Source of the DNA: Myxococcota bacterium
GTDB taxonomy: Bacteria; Myxococcota_A; UBA9160; SMWR01
NCBI GenBank assembly: GCA_022447545.1
Contig: JAKVBI010000014.1
Coordinates: 34,336 to 98,335 of the forward strand
Length of the DNA stretch: 64,000 nucleotides
Direction: 5' to 3'
Of this stretch, positions 1 to 10,126 are shown piece after piece. Made by a program: the position numbers and the translations under genes. Every line of letters begins with the position of its first letter. Position 1 is the first letter of the stretch. The notes under the pieces were generated by a model. The model worked only from the letters and a program-made list of their open reading frames with translations. It was not told where the DNA came from and ran no database searches.

Positions 1-413
1 TAGGTGCGGGCGCAGAGTAGACGTAATTCACGGTCATCGATCTTCTGAAAGTTCTGGTTTCCGAACCCGGCGACATTGGGGTAGACGATCTGTGCGAAGA
101 TTCCCATCTGGTCCATCATCGCGAGTCGAGCTCCCACTTCGTAGGCGGCCTCGTGGGTGTCTTCGATTCCCCAGGTGAACCAGTCGAGCCCGATTTCTTT
201 CGAACCGTCTTTCCGCACTACTGAGAGAGGCATGGCGGATCCGATGTCGATGTTCTTGTTGGCAACCCATCGTTGTTGACCATCGATCTCCACCACGTGT
301 GGAACGAGTTCCCGCTGGGATGCAGGAACCCTCGATGTCCAGAGGTCGTGGGGCTCACTCCAGTGGGTGTCCGTATCGATCAGATGGATGCCATCGAGCG
401 GTCCCTGGGTCAT
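1..413 (-). CDS. amidohydrolase-2 family metal-dependent hydrolase (5' part only; gene runs off the window start)
   Basis: Not in the ORF track because there is no stop in the window. ATG at 413-411 has GAGGAG 6 nt upstream. Translation is MTQGPLDGIHLIDTDTHWSEPHDLW...MGIFAQIVYPNVAGFG, an ACMSD-like amidohydrolase N-terminus. The listed ORF 34..270 is a different, Arg-rich frame. Confidence 0.75.
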   Translation of the reverse strand, partial: MTQGPLDGIHLIDTDTHWSEPHDLWTSRVPASQRELVPHVVEIDGQQRWVANKNIDIGSAMPLSVVRKDGSKEIGLDWFTWGIEDTHEAAYEVGARLAMMDQMGIFAQIVYPNVAGFGNQNFQKIDDRELRLLCART

Positions 414-564
414 GTGGCTCTCCTCATCCCTCGCGCCAATGCGGGGGTATGGAGTGGATCGTACCACTCGTGCATTGCGAAGGGATGGTTGCCGGGAGGA
501 TCACCGAATTTGGCTCCATCGCGTATACTCGCGCGCCCTACCCAAAAGAAGAGGTGAAACGAGC

Positions 565-1437
565 ATGAAGGTCGGAATCGTCTATCCCCAACCCGAAATT
601 CAGGGCGACATCGCGGCAATCGGATCCATCGCGCGAGCCGTGGAAGCTGCGGGTTTCGACCACCTGCTCGTGTATGACCACGTCCTCGGAGTGGAGCACG
701 CCAACCGGGAACGTGAGTTTCAGGGGCCTTACACCGAGCAGGATCCGTTTACGGATCCCCTCGTGATGTTTGCCTACCTGGCCGGGATCACCGAGCGGAT
801 CTCGTTGATGAGCGGTGTATTGATTCTTCCCCAGCGGCAAACTCCACTGGTCGCCCGTCAGGCTGCAGACGTGGACCTGCTCAGTGGAGGGCGTCTCATT
901 CTCGGCGTCGGTCTCGGCTGGAACCACATCGAGTGCGAGGCGCTCGGGGTGGACTTTACGACGCGGGGGGTGCGCTGTACCGAGCAGATCGAGTTGTTGA
1001 AGCAGATGTGGACCGGCGATCTCATCTCCTATGAGGGCCGCTTCGAGCGTGCAGAGCGCGTTCGACTCAATCCGGCCCCCCGTCGGCAGATTCCCATCTG
1101 GATCGGTGGCTTTGCACCGCAGGCCATCGAAAGGGCGGGTCGTCTGGCGGACGGTTTCGTCGCCGCTGGTCCTCCTGAGGTGGCGATCCAGGTAAAGGCG
1201 GGGGTCGATGCCTCGCGGGCCAAGCATGGCCGCGAGAACGAGGAGTTCGGTCACACCCTTGTGACCCTTGCATCCATAACCGAAGACGCCGCTGTCGAGG
1301 CGGCCGAGAAATGGCGCGACGCTGGCGGCACCCATGTCTCGATTGCGAGTATGGGCATGGGGTTCGGAAGTTCGGTCCAGGCCCACATTGATTTCATCGG
1401 GCGGATCTCCGAGCGTCTCGGAGTCAGTGCTTCCTGA
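565..1437 (+). CDS. luciferase-like (LLM class) flavin/F420-dependent oxidoreductase
   Basis: ATG 565 follows GAGGTG. MKVGIVYPQ...FDHLLVYDHV...LILGVGLGW...IPIWIGG is a typical LLM pattern. The upstream part of ORF 367..1437 looks non-coding. Confidence 0.85.
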   Translation: MKVGIVYPQPEIQGDIAAIGSIARAVEAAGFDHLLVYDHVLGVEHANREREFQGPYTEQDPFTDPLVMFAYLAGITERISLMSGVLILPQRQTPLVARQAADVDLLSGGRLILGVGLGWNHIECEALGVDFTTRGVRCTEQIELLKQMWTGDLISYEGRFERAERVRLNPAPRRQIPIWIGGFAPQAIERAGRLADGFVAAGPPEVAIQVKAGVDASRAKHGRENEEFGHTLVTLASITEDAAVEAAEKWRDAGGTHVSIASMGMGFGSSVQAHIDFIGRISERLGVSAS

Positions 1438-1498
1438 TTCTCGGAGTCCCGTTCAGGTTCACCCGAGGTCTCGAATTTGATCAGGGGTCGATGAAACG

Positions 1499-2806
1499 CT
1501 AGCCCGCTTGCGGCTGGTCCAGATAGCTGGCCTTGGGATCGTAGTCGCTCGCACCGTCTTCGACCCAGCGTGAGAGTTCGGCCCGGCCGACGACGAACCA
1601 GTGCACCTCGTCCGGACCGTCGGCCAACCGCAGGGTGCGCTGGTTCGCGTACATCTCAGCGAGGGGGGTCCATTGGGACACTCCCGTCGCCCCGTGAATC
1701 TGAATTGCCTGGTCGATGATCTTGCAGACGCGCTCGGGAACCATGGCCTTGACTGCGCTCACCCAAACCCGAGCTTGAGAGTTTCCGAGAACATCCATGG
1801 CTTTGGCGGCCTTGAGCACCATCATTCGCATCGCTTCGATTTCGATGCGTGCTTGGGCGATCACTTCGGTGTTCTTTCCAAGGTTGGCAATGCGTCTACC
1901 GAAGGCTTCGCGTGAGAGGCCTCTTTTTGCCATCATTTCGATGGCTCTCTCGGCCGCACCGATGGAACGCATGCAGTGATGAATGCGCCCCGGGCCCAGG
2001 CGAACCTGAGAGATTTCGAAGCCGCGTCCCTCGCCAAGCAGAATGTTTTCCTTGGGGACTCGGCAATCGTCGAAGCGGATGTGCATGTGGCCGTGAGGGG
2101 CGTCGTCTCTTCCAAATACATGCATTGGGCCGAGAATTTCGAAACCGGGCGCGTCGGTGGGCACCAGGATTTGCGACTGCCGGAGGTGGGGCGGTGCGTC
2201 CGGATTGGTTTGAACCATGACGATCATGATTTTGCAACGCGGATCTCCGGCGCCTGAGATGTAGTACTTCTCGCCGTTGATCACCCACTCGTCGCCGATG
2301 AGTTGGGCCTGGCACGAGATGTTCTTTGCGTCGGAAGATGCGAGGTCGGGTTCCGTCATCGCGTAGGCGGAGCGGATCTCGCCATTGAGCAGCGGCTTCA
2401 GCCATCGGTCCTTTTGCTCGCGGGTTCCGACTCGCTCGAGCACTTCCATGTTGCCCGTGTCCGGCGCCGAGCAGTTGAGGCATTCCGAAGCTAGAGGGTT
2501 CTTGCCCAACTCCGCTGCGATGTAGGCATAGTCGAGGTTTTTCAGACCCTGACCCGTCTCGTCGTCGGGAAGGAAGAAATTCCAGAGATCGTTGGCCTTG
2601 GCTTTTGCTTTCACGCTGTCGAGTAGCTCAAGTTGTCCTGGGGCCCAAGACCATCGGTCCTCTCGACTCTCTCCCAATTGAAAGAACTCGAGCGTGATCG
2701 GCTCGACTTCTTCTTTGACGAATTTCATGACCTTGTCGAAGAGTGGCTTCGCCTCCTCCGACATTCTCAGATCGAACATCTCTTCCGTAGTTTCGAGACC
2801 GGCCAC
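1499..2806 (-). CDS. acyl-CoA dehydrogenase family protein (ACAD10/11- or FadE2-like)
   Basis: 435 aa. GTG start has AAGGAG 6 nt upstream. Motifs: AYAMTEPDLASSDA, GEKYYISGAG, RIHHCMR, IQIHGATGVS. Confidence 0.9.
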   Translation of the reverse strand: MAGLETTEEMFDLRMSEEAKPLFDKVMKFVKEEVEPITLEFFQLGESREDRWSWAPGQLELLDSVKAKAKANDLWNFFLPDDETGQGLKNLDYAYIAAELGKNPLASECLNCSAPDTGNMEVLERVGTREQKDRWLKPLLNGEIRSAYAMTEPDLASSDAKNISCQAQLIGDEWVINGEKYYISGAGDPRCKIMIVMVQTNPDAPPHLRQSQILVPTDAPGFEILGPMHVFGRDDAPHGHMHIRFDDCRVPKENILLGEGRGFEISQVRLGPGRIHHCMRSIGAAERAIEMMAKRGLSREAFGRRIANLGKNTEVIAQARIEIEAMRMMVLKAAKAMDVLGNSQARVWVSAVKAMVPERVCKIIDQAIQIHGATGVSQWTPLAEMYANQRTLRLADGPDEVHWFVVGRAELSRWVEDGASDYDPKASYLDQPQAG

Positions 2807-3009
2807 GACCTTCTCCTTTTTACCAGTGACGATGGGCTTCCAGATTTTCCCGCGGGACTCTTTCAGAGGTGTCCTGGGGGTGTGGTCCTCTCACCGGCGA
2901 TGCGTTCCTCCACGAGGATACGCGAACACCGGCCTTTTGGGGTCGGCCGAAACAAGGGGTGGAGCATTCGGTTGATTTTGACGCAATCCTGGGAGCCGGA
3001 CTCCGAGGT

Positions 3010-5409
3010 TCACTTTTTCGAATTTCCGTACGCGATGGCCATCAGCGCCGGAGATACGAGGATGTCGATCACGAAGGCCATCGCGATGGTGAAACTGGTG
3101 AGCAAGCCAAATTCCACGAGATTCTCCATCTCCGAGAAGGTGAAGACGAGGAAACCGCTCGAGAGCACGAGTGATGTGATCAGGAGGGCTCGGCCGGTCG
3201 TGCGCAGGGTTTCGCGATTGGCACGCTCCACGTCGCCATACTGAGTGAAGTTGCGCCGAAAGTTGTGCATGTAGTGGATTGTGTCGTCCACCGCGAGCCC
3301 GATCGCGATGCCGCCGATCATGAGCGTAAAGGCAGTGATGACGCTTCCGAACCATCCCATCAGACCCAGCGTGAGGAGGATCGGCGTGAGATTGGGGATC
3401 ATGCTGGCCAGTCCTGTGCGTAGGGATCCAATCAGTAGGATCATCAGTGGTGTGATGATCAGAAGAGCGAGGAGGTAGCTCTGGACCATGCTGTTCAAGA
3501 GGGCGTTGATGGTGCGGCTCATCACGGGAATGAATCCGGTGGCACGGATTTCGATCTCAGGGCCGAGGTCGTCTCGAAGCCGTTGCACGACCGAGTCGGT
3601 GAAGTCTCTATAACGGGTAGGATCCACGTAGGGTACACGGGCCGAGAAGCGCAATGTGCTGAACTGTGGATCGACCAACCGTTCCATCTCGTCGGATCCG
3701 GTGTTTTCGAAGAGCAGCAACTCCTGGGCGATTAGTTTCCGAGAATTAGGGATTTTGTAGAAGGCTTTGTCGTTGGCGTTCAGGGCCTGATGGATTTCCT
3801 TGACCACGTCGGCCAGAGAAGTGGCCTTGCCTACACGAATGCCGTTGCGTCGCGGTTCAGTCGAGAGATCCGCGCTGATCTGATCGATCGCACGCAGAAT
3901 CCGGGGATCATGGACACCGTTTTCACGACCGGTATCGGCGAGAACTTCGAGACCCATGGAGCCGTCTAGATGAGCGTCGAATTCGGCGGTGGCGGTACGA
4001 AAGGGATGTCCTGCTCGCAACCAATTCATGATGTCGTGACCGAAGCCGATCTTTGCGGCACCCACCAGACTGATGGCGATCACGACTACGACGACACTCA
4101 GAATGGGCCGAGCAAAGCGTAGGGAGAAATCACCAATGGCAATGAGGATTCGCTCGATGATGTCGCTTTCGGGCTCATCCTTTTTTGCTTTTCGGGGCTT
4201 CAGAGGCAGGGTCGTGAGCAGAGCGGGCAATAATACCAAGCAGTAGAACAGGGCCAGGCAGATTCCAAAGGGCGCGAAGATCCCGATCACGGCAACGGGT
4301 TGGATTTCGGCGGTTACGAAGGAAAGGATACCCGCAGCCGTGGTCAGGCTGGCCATGCATACGGGGAGCCCAGAGTGCTTCAGCGCTGCGGCGATAGCAT
4401 CTTCGCGTGTGGAGCCGGCATCGAGGTGTTGATAGAAGATCGTAAGAATGTGTACTGCGGCGGCGATGCCTACAGCCAGGAGCATGGTCGGTAAGACCTG
4501 GGAAGGCGCGCTCAAGGGCGTTCCGGTGATCGCCATGGCGCCCACGGTTCCTGAAACTGCCGGCGCTACCACTAAGAGCGGAAGCAGGACTCCGGACACT
4601 CTTCGGAACAGAGAGAAGAGGAGTGCTGCGGTGATTGCCAGCATCAAGCCTACGAAGCGGCTCATGTTTCGCTGCATGGAACGGCCGAGTTCCGATTGGA
4701 TCAAAGGGCTTCCCATGAGGCCAATCCTGAAGTTCTCCCCTTGGAATCGAGCCGCGATGGCCTCGACGCGATCCCGAACCTCATTGTTCTCGGCGCCTGT
4801 CAAGAAAACAGGTGGAGATTCGGGTTCGCTTTCTTCAAAGCCCTCCAGAGCGCTTTCGATGTTTGGATCCTGTGACGAATAGGCACTGGTTTCGATCATG
4901 ACGGTTGTGAGTCGAGCATCTGGAGAGATGAGCAGGTTGCGGTAGAAGGGGTTGTTGAGCACGAATTTGCGCAACCGCATCCACTCGTCTGGGCTTTTGG
5001 GCCATTCTTCGAGCAGATCCTCAACCAGCAGTTCGTCGTTGTCGCCGCGGGTCACTCGTGCGTTGATGAGACTCCGGACTTCTTCGAGATGAGGGGTTTC
5101 CTCTTCGAGGGCGGCATGGAAGTCCTTCAGTCGGGCTAGAAATTCGGGCGCCAGGGTGTCTGAAGACTGGATCGAGGCGACGATGACTTCGTCTCGACCG
5201 AAGCGGTTGCGGAAGTCGTCGTAGAAGATCTTGGCGTCGTCGTCGCCCCGAAGCATGGACTCGGTGGAGGTGTCGAGAGTGATGCGCGGTGCCTGGGACG
5301 ATAGGGACGCCGCCAGGGCGACGATCAGCGGAATGAGAATCAGGCGGCGTTTGGCTACGGCGTGTCCGAACTTCTCGAAGCCCTGCTCGATTCTTTGGCG
5401 AAGATTCAT
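3010..5409 (-). CDS. RND/MMPL-family membrane transporter
   Basis: About 800 aa with two blocks of 5-6 TM helices separated by large soluble loops. ATG 5409 has GGAGGG upstream, chosen over the ORF-track start at 5451. Confidence 0.85.
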   Translation of the reverse strand: MNLRQRIEQGFEKFGHAVAKRRLILIPLIVALAASLSSQAPRITLDTSTESMLRGDDDAKIFYDDFRNRFGRDEVIVASIQSSDTLAPEFLARLKDFHAALEEETPHLEEVRSLINARVTRGDNDELLVEDLLEEWPKSPDEWMRLRKFVLNNPFYRNLLISPDARLTTVMIETSAYSSQDPNIESALEGFEESEPESPPVFLTGAENNEVRDRVEAIAARFQGENFRIGLMGSPLIQSELGRSMQRNMSRFVGLMLAITAALLFSLFRRVSGVLLPLLVVAPAVSGTVGAMAITGTPLSAPSQVLPTMLLAVGIAAAVHILTIFYQHLDAGSTREDAIAAALKHSGLPVCMASLTTAAGILSFVTAEIQPVAVIGIFAPFGICLALFYCLVLLPALLTTLPLKPRKAKKDEPESDIIERILIAIGDFSLRFARPILSVVVVVIAISLVGAAKIGFGHDIMNWLRAGHPFRTATAEFDAHLDGSMGLEVLADTGRENGVHDPRILRAIDQISADLSTEPRRNGIRVGKATSLADVVKEIHQALNANDKAFYKIPNSRKLIAQELLLFENTGSDEMERLVDPQFSTLRFSARVPYVDPTRYRDFTDSVVQRLRDDLGPEIEIRATGFIPVMSRTINALLNSMVQSYLLALLIITPLMILLIGSLRTGLASMIPNLTPILLTLGLMGWFGSVITAFTLMIGGIAIGLAVDDTIHYMHNFRRNFTQYGDVERANRETLRTTGRALLITSLVLSSGFLVFTFSEMENLVEFGLLTSFTIAMAFVIDILVSPALMAIAYGNSKK

Positions 5410-5507
5410 AGGGAATGCCCTCCAGAGATGCGGCCTTCGGCTTTTCACCACCCGGAGTTACGCGAAGCCCAAGTGTCGTGGAGTGTTGAGTCGGTGAATT
5501 CGACCCT

Positions 5508-6842
5508 TCACGATGAAAAGAGTCGGGCGCCCCGTTTGCGAACCTTGCATCCAGCCAGCAGATCGTCCATTGCCAACAATTCTTCCCCCCGCTCGAAGGG
5601 TTCCACCAGGCCAGTCACGGCGGACCGACCTGTGGGAGTCGCCAGACTTCTTCCGAGGGCGCCGTTCAGGCGCTGGAGCATCCAGATCTGGTAGGGGACG
5701 ACCATGCGTCGCGATCGGATGCCCCCGATTTCGAACGGGTGGGTCAGGGGGCCTTCACCGGTTTGTTGCTCTTCGAATCCCGGTGTGGCGGTAAAGGTCT
5801 TCCCGGGAAGTTCTCCGTCTGGGCGATGGGCGTCGCTTGCGATGTAGGCTCCCAGCACGGCCGAGGCATCGGACAGTACTGGCCACATTTCTTGAAAGAA
5901 CACTTGGAGCAGCGGCATGAGGGTCTCGGGGATGGCGTCGTCGGGAAGCCATTCGCCTCCGTCGGTGTTGGCGACGCGACCTACCAGGTTTCCGTTCTCG
6001 TTCAGGGAGTAGAGGCGTTGTCCATAGCGTCTCGCGTTCAGGGCGTTTTCGCCGTTGGTGCGTTCGACCCACTCGCTGACCAGTGGGAAATGCGTACGAA
6101 GAGCGAAGCCCGAGACAGCATCGCGGTAGAGGTGGGCATAGAGCGGGGCGAGTAGTCCGAAATCACCGAGACTGGGTCTTCCGCCCAGGATGTAATCGTG
6201 GATCGAGAAGTGCGCCTCGAGAACTTCGAGGATTCGATGCTGGCTCGCTTGCCAGGCTTGTTCGGTTCGCTCATTGACTCCCAGATGAACCAGGCCCGCG
6301 TAGACACCCTTGGGGCGAGTGCGCGAGTGGGAGATCCCAAAGGCTGCTTCGAAGAAGGCGGCCCCGGCGGCGCGGCGCTGCTCGCCAGATGCATCCGGTG
6401 CGATGACGGAACCCCACTGCTGCTCGTTGTATCTGAGATGGCTGAATGCGTGGCCCTCTTCGCTGAAGTACCAGCGTTCCCAGAAGCCGGGCACGACCAT
6501 CCATTCGTCTGCGAGTAACTCGATCAGGTAGGAGGCGAGACATTGGCGGGGAAGCGTCTCTGGGTCCGGGATGACTGGTGTGCGGGGATGGGCGGCTTCG
6601 CAGTAATCGATGATTTCGCTGGAGTCCTGAATCCAAGTGCCGTCGGGAGCTTCGAGTTGCGGTACTGCGCCGCTACCTGATCGGGGAGTCAGTAAACCTT
6701 CGATCAACTCGGGTGTGGCGAGAATGTCTTCGTAGCCTTCACCGAGATCTCCACAATGGTGCTTGTAGCGCAGGTAGGCTCGTGCTTTGCCGGAGAAGTA
6801 GCTGTGTTCCCAGGAGAAGAGTCGATACACACCGCGCAGCAT
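5508..6842 (-). CDS. glutathione S-transferase-like protein (long, 444 aa)
   Basis: Thioredoxin-like GST N-domain (YRLFSWEHSYFSGKARAYLRYK...VPQLEAPDGTWIQDSSEIIDY) followed by a long helical C-domain. Confidence 0.7.
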   Translation of the reverse strand: MLRGVYRLFSWEHSYFSGKARAYLRYKHHCGDLGEGYEDILATPELIEGLLTPRSGSGAVPQLEAPDGTWIQDSSEIIDYCEAAHPRTPVIPDPETLPRQCLASYLIELLADEWMVVPGFWERWYFSEEGHAFSHLRYNEQQWGSVIAPDASGEQRRAAGAAFFEAAFGISHSRTRPKGVYAGLVHLGVNERTEQAWQASQHRILEVLEAHFSIHDYILGGRPSLGDFGLLAPLYAHLYRDAVSGFALRTHFPLVSEWVERTNGENALNARRYGQRLYSLNENGNLVGRVANTDGGEWLPDDAIPETLMPLLQVFFQEMWPVLSDASAVLGAYIASDAHRPDGELPGKTFTATPGFEEQQTGEGPLTHPFEIGGIRSRRMVVPYQIWMLQRLNGALGRSLATPTGRSAVTGLVEPFERGEELLAMDDLLAGCKVRKRGARLFSS

Positions 6843-7045
6843 AGCGGTTGTGCCCCGTCTTGAGAGATGGCTCGGTCGGATGGGAAGGACGGTTGGAGGC
6901 TCTGACGGGCTGTGCGACTCGAATTTCTAACCGAGCCTTCATCGGGTTCGGAGTCCTCGCATCGTATCGGTAGCCTCATGCATTCCAATTGGGGACGGGT
7001 ATCCTCTGTTCGAGGTCTGTCGTGGCCTTGATTGAGGAGGGAGCC

Positions 7046-7321
7046 GTGAAGATCCGCCAACTCGTCGGTGTCGTCTTTTTCGTCTGTACGGCGCTTTTGG
7101 CGTCGGGGGTTGCGTTCGCCTACCACCATACACAGGAAAACGCGCAGGACGGGGCGCAGAATTCGCAGGTCACTGTCAACGAAGCGTTGGAGCTACCGAC
7201 CGATCCCGATGATGCGGACGACATCCGCGATGACAACGATCCCGAGGACATCGGTCAGAGCGCCCTGGAAAACCCAGACTCGAATGAGAGTGGTGGCGGA
7301 GGCGCTCCGTCCAATCGATGA
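7046..7321 (+). CDS. small membrane-anchored protein with an acidic Asp/Pro/Glu-rich tail (hypothetical)
   Basis: GTG 7046 follows GAGGAGG. One TM (LVGVVFFVCTALLASGVAFAY), then a PTDPDDADDIRDDNDPEDIG tail. Confidence 0.4.
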   Translation: MKIRQLVGVVFFVCTALLASGVAFAYHHTQENAQDGAQNSQVTVNEALELPTDPDDADDIRDDNDPEDIGQSALENPDSNESGGGGAPSNR

Positions 7322-7340
7322 TCGGTCCTCTTTCGGTTCC

Positions 7341-8807
7341 TCAGGGTCCCGAGGTGGGAGAGTCCGAGGGAGCCGGGTTGGCCGTGGAAGCCTCGGTTTC
7401 GTAGGGCGTTGTTTTTACGATCTTGACGGATTCTCCACCATCGAACCGATGGTCGATGAAGATTCCGTTGTACAGCGCTGTCGTCCGAACGTCCCATGAA
7501 CTTCCGGTTCGCTTCACCAGTTGATCGATTCGCTCACGAGGAAGAGCGCTTTCGATGTGCAGATTGGATTGGACGATGGAAGCCCGCTCCTTGGGGGTGA
7601 GAGGCCGGAAGCTGCGTGCGGTTGCCAGGGTTCGGCCGAGGAAACTCTTCTCGTCACTGGAGCGGCTCGTGGCGGTGACGAGCCAGGTTCCCTCTCGATA
7701 GGGGATGAAGGTCACGTAGGAGGTGATTCGGTTTCTGACTTTGGCCTTGATGCGCCAGGCGTCGATCTTTCCAATCTTGACCTGGCGAGAATCTTCCAGT
7801 TCCGTCCTGTCGCTCTCCGGGTTCTTTTTCTGCCATTTGTCGATGCTTTGCTGGGGAGTCTCGGTGGGGCCATCGGAAGCCAGGAAGACGATGGCTCTGC
7901 CGCGAGGCTCCTGGGCCCCGACCGCGGAATTCGTGTTCTGGGTGTACCAGCCATTCGGGAATCGCAGCGAGAAGTCGAGATCTGGATGGAGAAACAGGTC
8001 ACCATGGAAGACTCCCGCCTGTGGGCGCTGCCCGATGGGCAATCCCTCGATCTCGGCGTAGAGTGATGCTTGGGAGTCTCCGAGCCGCGGGTCCCGTCTC
8101 CAACGGATTTCCCGGGCACGAACGGCATTGACCGATGCGCGTTCCTTGGAACCCGGGTGTGTGTCGAGCCAGCCGGGGTTGCGAGAATAACCGGCTCGAA
8201 AGCGCTCGGTTTTCTCGAGGCGGGCTAGAAACGTCGACATCGCCATGGGGTCGTATCCCGCAGCGGCGCAGAGCAGCTGGCCTCGCTTGTCGGCGTCGCG
8301 TTCCATGTTGCGCCCGTAGGCGGCGGTTTTGCCCGCCCTGATCCAGGGCATCATGAGACCGCGAGTCGCCAGGGCCTGCTGTGCTGCTGCGTGACGCTGG
8401 GTGACATGGGTGATCTCGTGCCCGAGAACGCAGGCCAATTCGTCCTCGTTCTCCGCCAGGGCCAGTAAGCCGCGCGATACGAAGATGTAGCCGCCGGGCA
8501 GCGCAAAAGCGTTGGGTTCCTCCTGGTCGACGACTGAAAACTGGAACCGGAACGAACGACGGGGAATGCCTCGTAGAAGCTTGTGGCCAATTCGCGATAC
8601 GTAGGCGTTGAGTTGTGGCGAGTCGAGAATGCCAATCTGTGAAGCGACATTGACTGCTGCGTCTTGGCCGACACGAGAATCATCGTATTCCGTCATCAAG
8701 ACGGTCGGCTTGTTCCTCTTGGGTGGACTCGAGCAAGCCGAGAATGCGAGCAATCCACCGCAGAAGATCACGAACAGGACGAGACGACGCCGGCTCGGTG
8801 AAGGCAT
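7341..8807 (-). CDS. M48-family zinc metalloprotease, lipoprotein
   Basis: HEITHVTQRH (HExxH) motif and lipobox LLAFSAC. ATG 8807 lies 7 nt after the stop of the upstream gene. Confidence 0.85.
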   Translation of the reverse strand: MPSPSRRRLVLFVIFCGGLLAFSACSSPPKRNKPTVLMTEYDDSRVGQDAAVNVASQIGILDSPQLNAYVSRIGHKLLRGIPRRSFRFQFSVVDQEEPNAFALPGGYIFVSRGLLALAENEDELACVLGHEITHVTQRHAAAQQALATRGLMMPWIRAGKTAAYGRNMERDADKRGQLLCAAAGYDPMAMSTFLARLEKTERFRAGYSRNPGWLDTHPGSKERASVNAVRAREIRWRRDPRLGDSQASLYAEIEGLPIGQRPQAGVFHGDLFLHPDLDFSLRFPNGWYTQNTNSAVGAQEPRGRAIVFLASDGPTETPQQSIDKWQKKNPESDRTELEDSRQVKIGKIDAWRIKAKVRNRITSYVTFIPYREGTWLVTATSRSSDEKSFLGRTLATARSFRPLTPKERASIVQSNLHIESALPRERIDQLVKRTGSSWDVRTTALYNGIFIDHRFDGGESVKIVKTTPYETEASTANPAPSDSPTSGP

Positions 8808-8814
8808 TTGTGTT

Positions 8815-9663
8815 CTAGGGCAGCTCGGACAGCCAGGAGCCATCGGATAGCCACCGGGCCTTCATCTGAGTCAGAAGGCCCGTGTCCTCCAGCGTATTGA
8901 GGTAATTCGATACGAGGTTGAGGAAGAGGGGAGCATTGGGGGGGAGCGCGATGCCCAAGGGCTCTACGGTCAAGGGGGTGCGCGATGCGACCAATTGTGC
9001 GTCGGGGTGTCTCCAGGTTGCGAGCATGCAGATATGGAAGTCAGCGATCAGCCCGTCGACTTGGCCGGCGATCACCATGGCGACGGCATCCTCGTAGTTC
9101 TCCGTCGAGACCAGGGTCGCCTGGGAGAGAAAATTCTTCACGAATTGTGAGCTCGTAGAGTTCGCCAGGGCTGCATAGCGACGGTCGGGTCTGTCGAGAT
9201 GTTCGATGTCCTGGTGCTCGGCGAGGTCGTGATTCTTGGTCAGCAGCGAAGCTCCCGATATGAAGTAGGGCCCGACGAAGGGAACGCGCTCATTTCGCTG
9301 CGGGGTCATCGTGATGCCTGAGATCGCAAGATCGGCGCTTCCCTCTTGAACCGAGGAGATCAATTTGGGAAAGGGCGTTTGGATGAAGCGCACTTCGATT
9401 CCCATCGCATCGGCTAGAGATTGGATGAGGTCGATTTCGAGACCGATGATCTCACCCGTCTTGTTTTTCATGTTGAGCGGCGGAAGATCCCCGGAGACGG
9501 CCACGAGGAGTTCTCCTCGATCGAGGATTTCGGGTAGGCGGCCTGGAGAGGGTTGGCCGGCCTGAGTGAGAAACCTGCTGGAAGGGCCCTGGCAGCCGCT
9601 CAGCAGGGCGGCGAAGAGGCCGAGAAGAACCCACCAGGTCACAGGAAAGGGGAACCGGTTCAC
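8815..9663 (-). CDS. ABC-transporter-type substrate-binding protein (family 3), lipoprotein
   Basis: GTG start with AAAGGAAA upstream, lipobox LLSGC, and LLVAVSGDLPPLNMKN...DLAISGITMTPQR, a typical PBP type 2 pattern. Confidence 0.8.
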   Translation of the reverse strand: MNRFPFPVTWWVLLGLFAALLSGCQGPSSRFLTQAGQPSPGRLPEILDRGELLVAVSGDLPPLNMKNKTGEIIGLEIDLIQSLADAMGIEVRFIQTPFPKLISSVQEGSADLAISGITMTPQRNERVPFVGPYFISGASLLTKNHDLAEHQDIEHLDRPDRRYAALANSTSSQFVKNFLSQATLVSTENYEDAVAMVIAGQVDGLIADFHICMLATWRHPDAQLVASRTPLTVEPLGIALPPNAPLFLNLVSNYLNTLEDTGLLTQMKARWLSDGSWLSELP

Positions 9664-10126
9664 GCGGATTTCCTTTTCTCGAGGGGCCGTTGAAGGCTGC
9701 GAGTGGAGCGAGGTTCTAGCCTTCGAGGGGGCAGGGCGCTAGTCGCGAGTCGTGGCAGTCGCCAGAAGGTCCCACGCCAAGTCCACGCCGCTGGCGCGCA
9801 GGAGGAGACCAAGTTGGAGCACCTGTGGGGTCCCCCCACCAGCGGGGTGCTCGGGGGGCATTGTCCCACCCCGTGAGTTCGTAGCCTTCGCCACCGTATG
9901 CAACCGCACTTCACAAGGTCGCAATCCACCAGCAGAAATCACGGAGGGGTCGGGCTTCGGCGGACCGCAGGCGCGCTCGCAAATCCCCGCCCTGCAAACG
10001 ATTTCCTCAAGTCCACCGCCGATCACCCGATATGCGGCTCTCGAGGGCGCACCCCCGAATCTCGCGCGAGACGGGGCTGCCCCGTGGGCGGGAGTCCGCC
10101 TGGAGTCGAGGAAAGGAAAGTTGGGG

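Noticed and set aside
34-270. 78-aa minus-strand ORF at the window start
   Set aside because: It is an Arg-rich, low-complexity translation. A different minus frame, starting at ATG 413 with a GAGGAG SD, encodes a clean amidohydrolase N-terminus.
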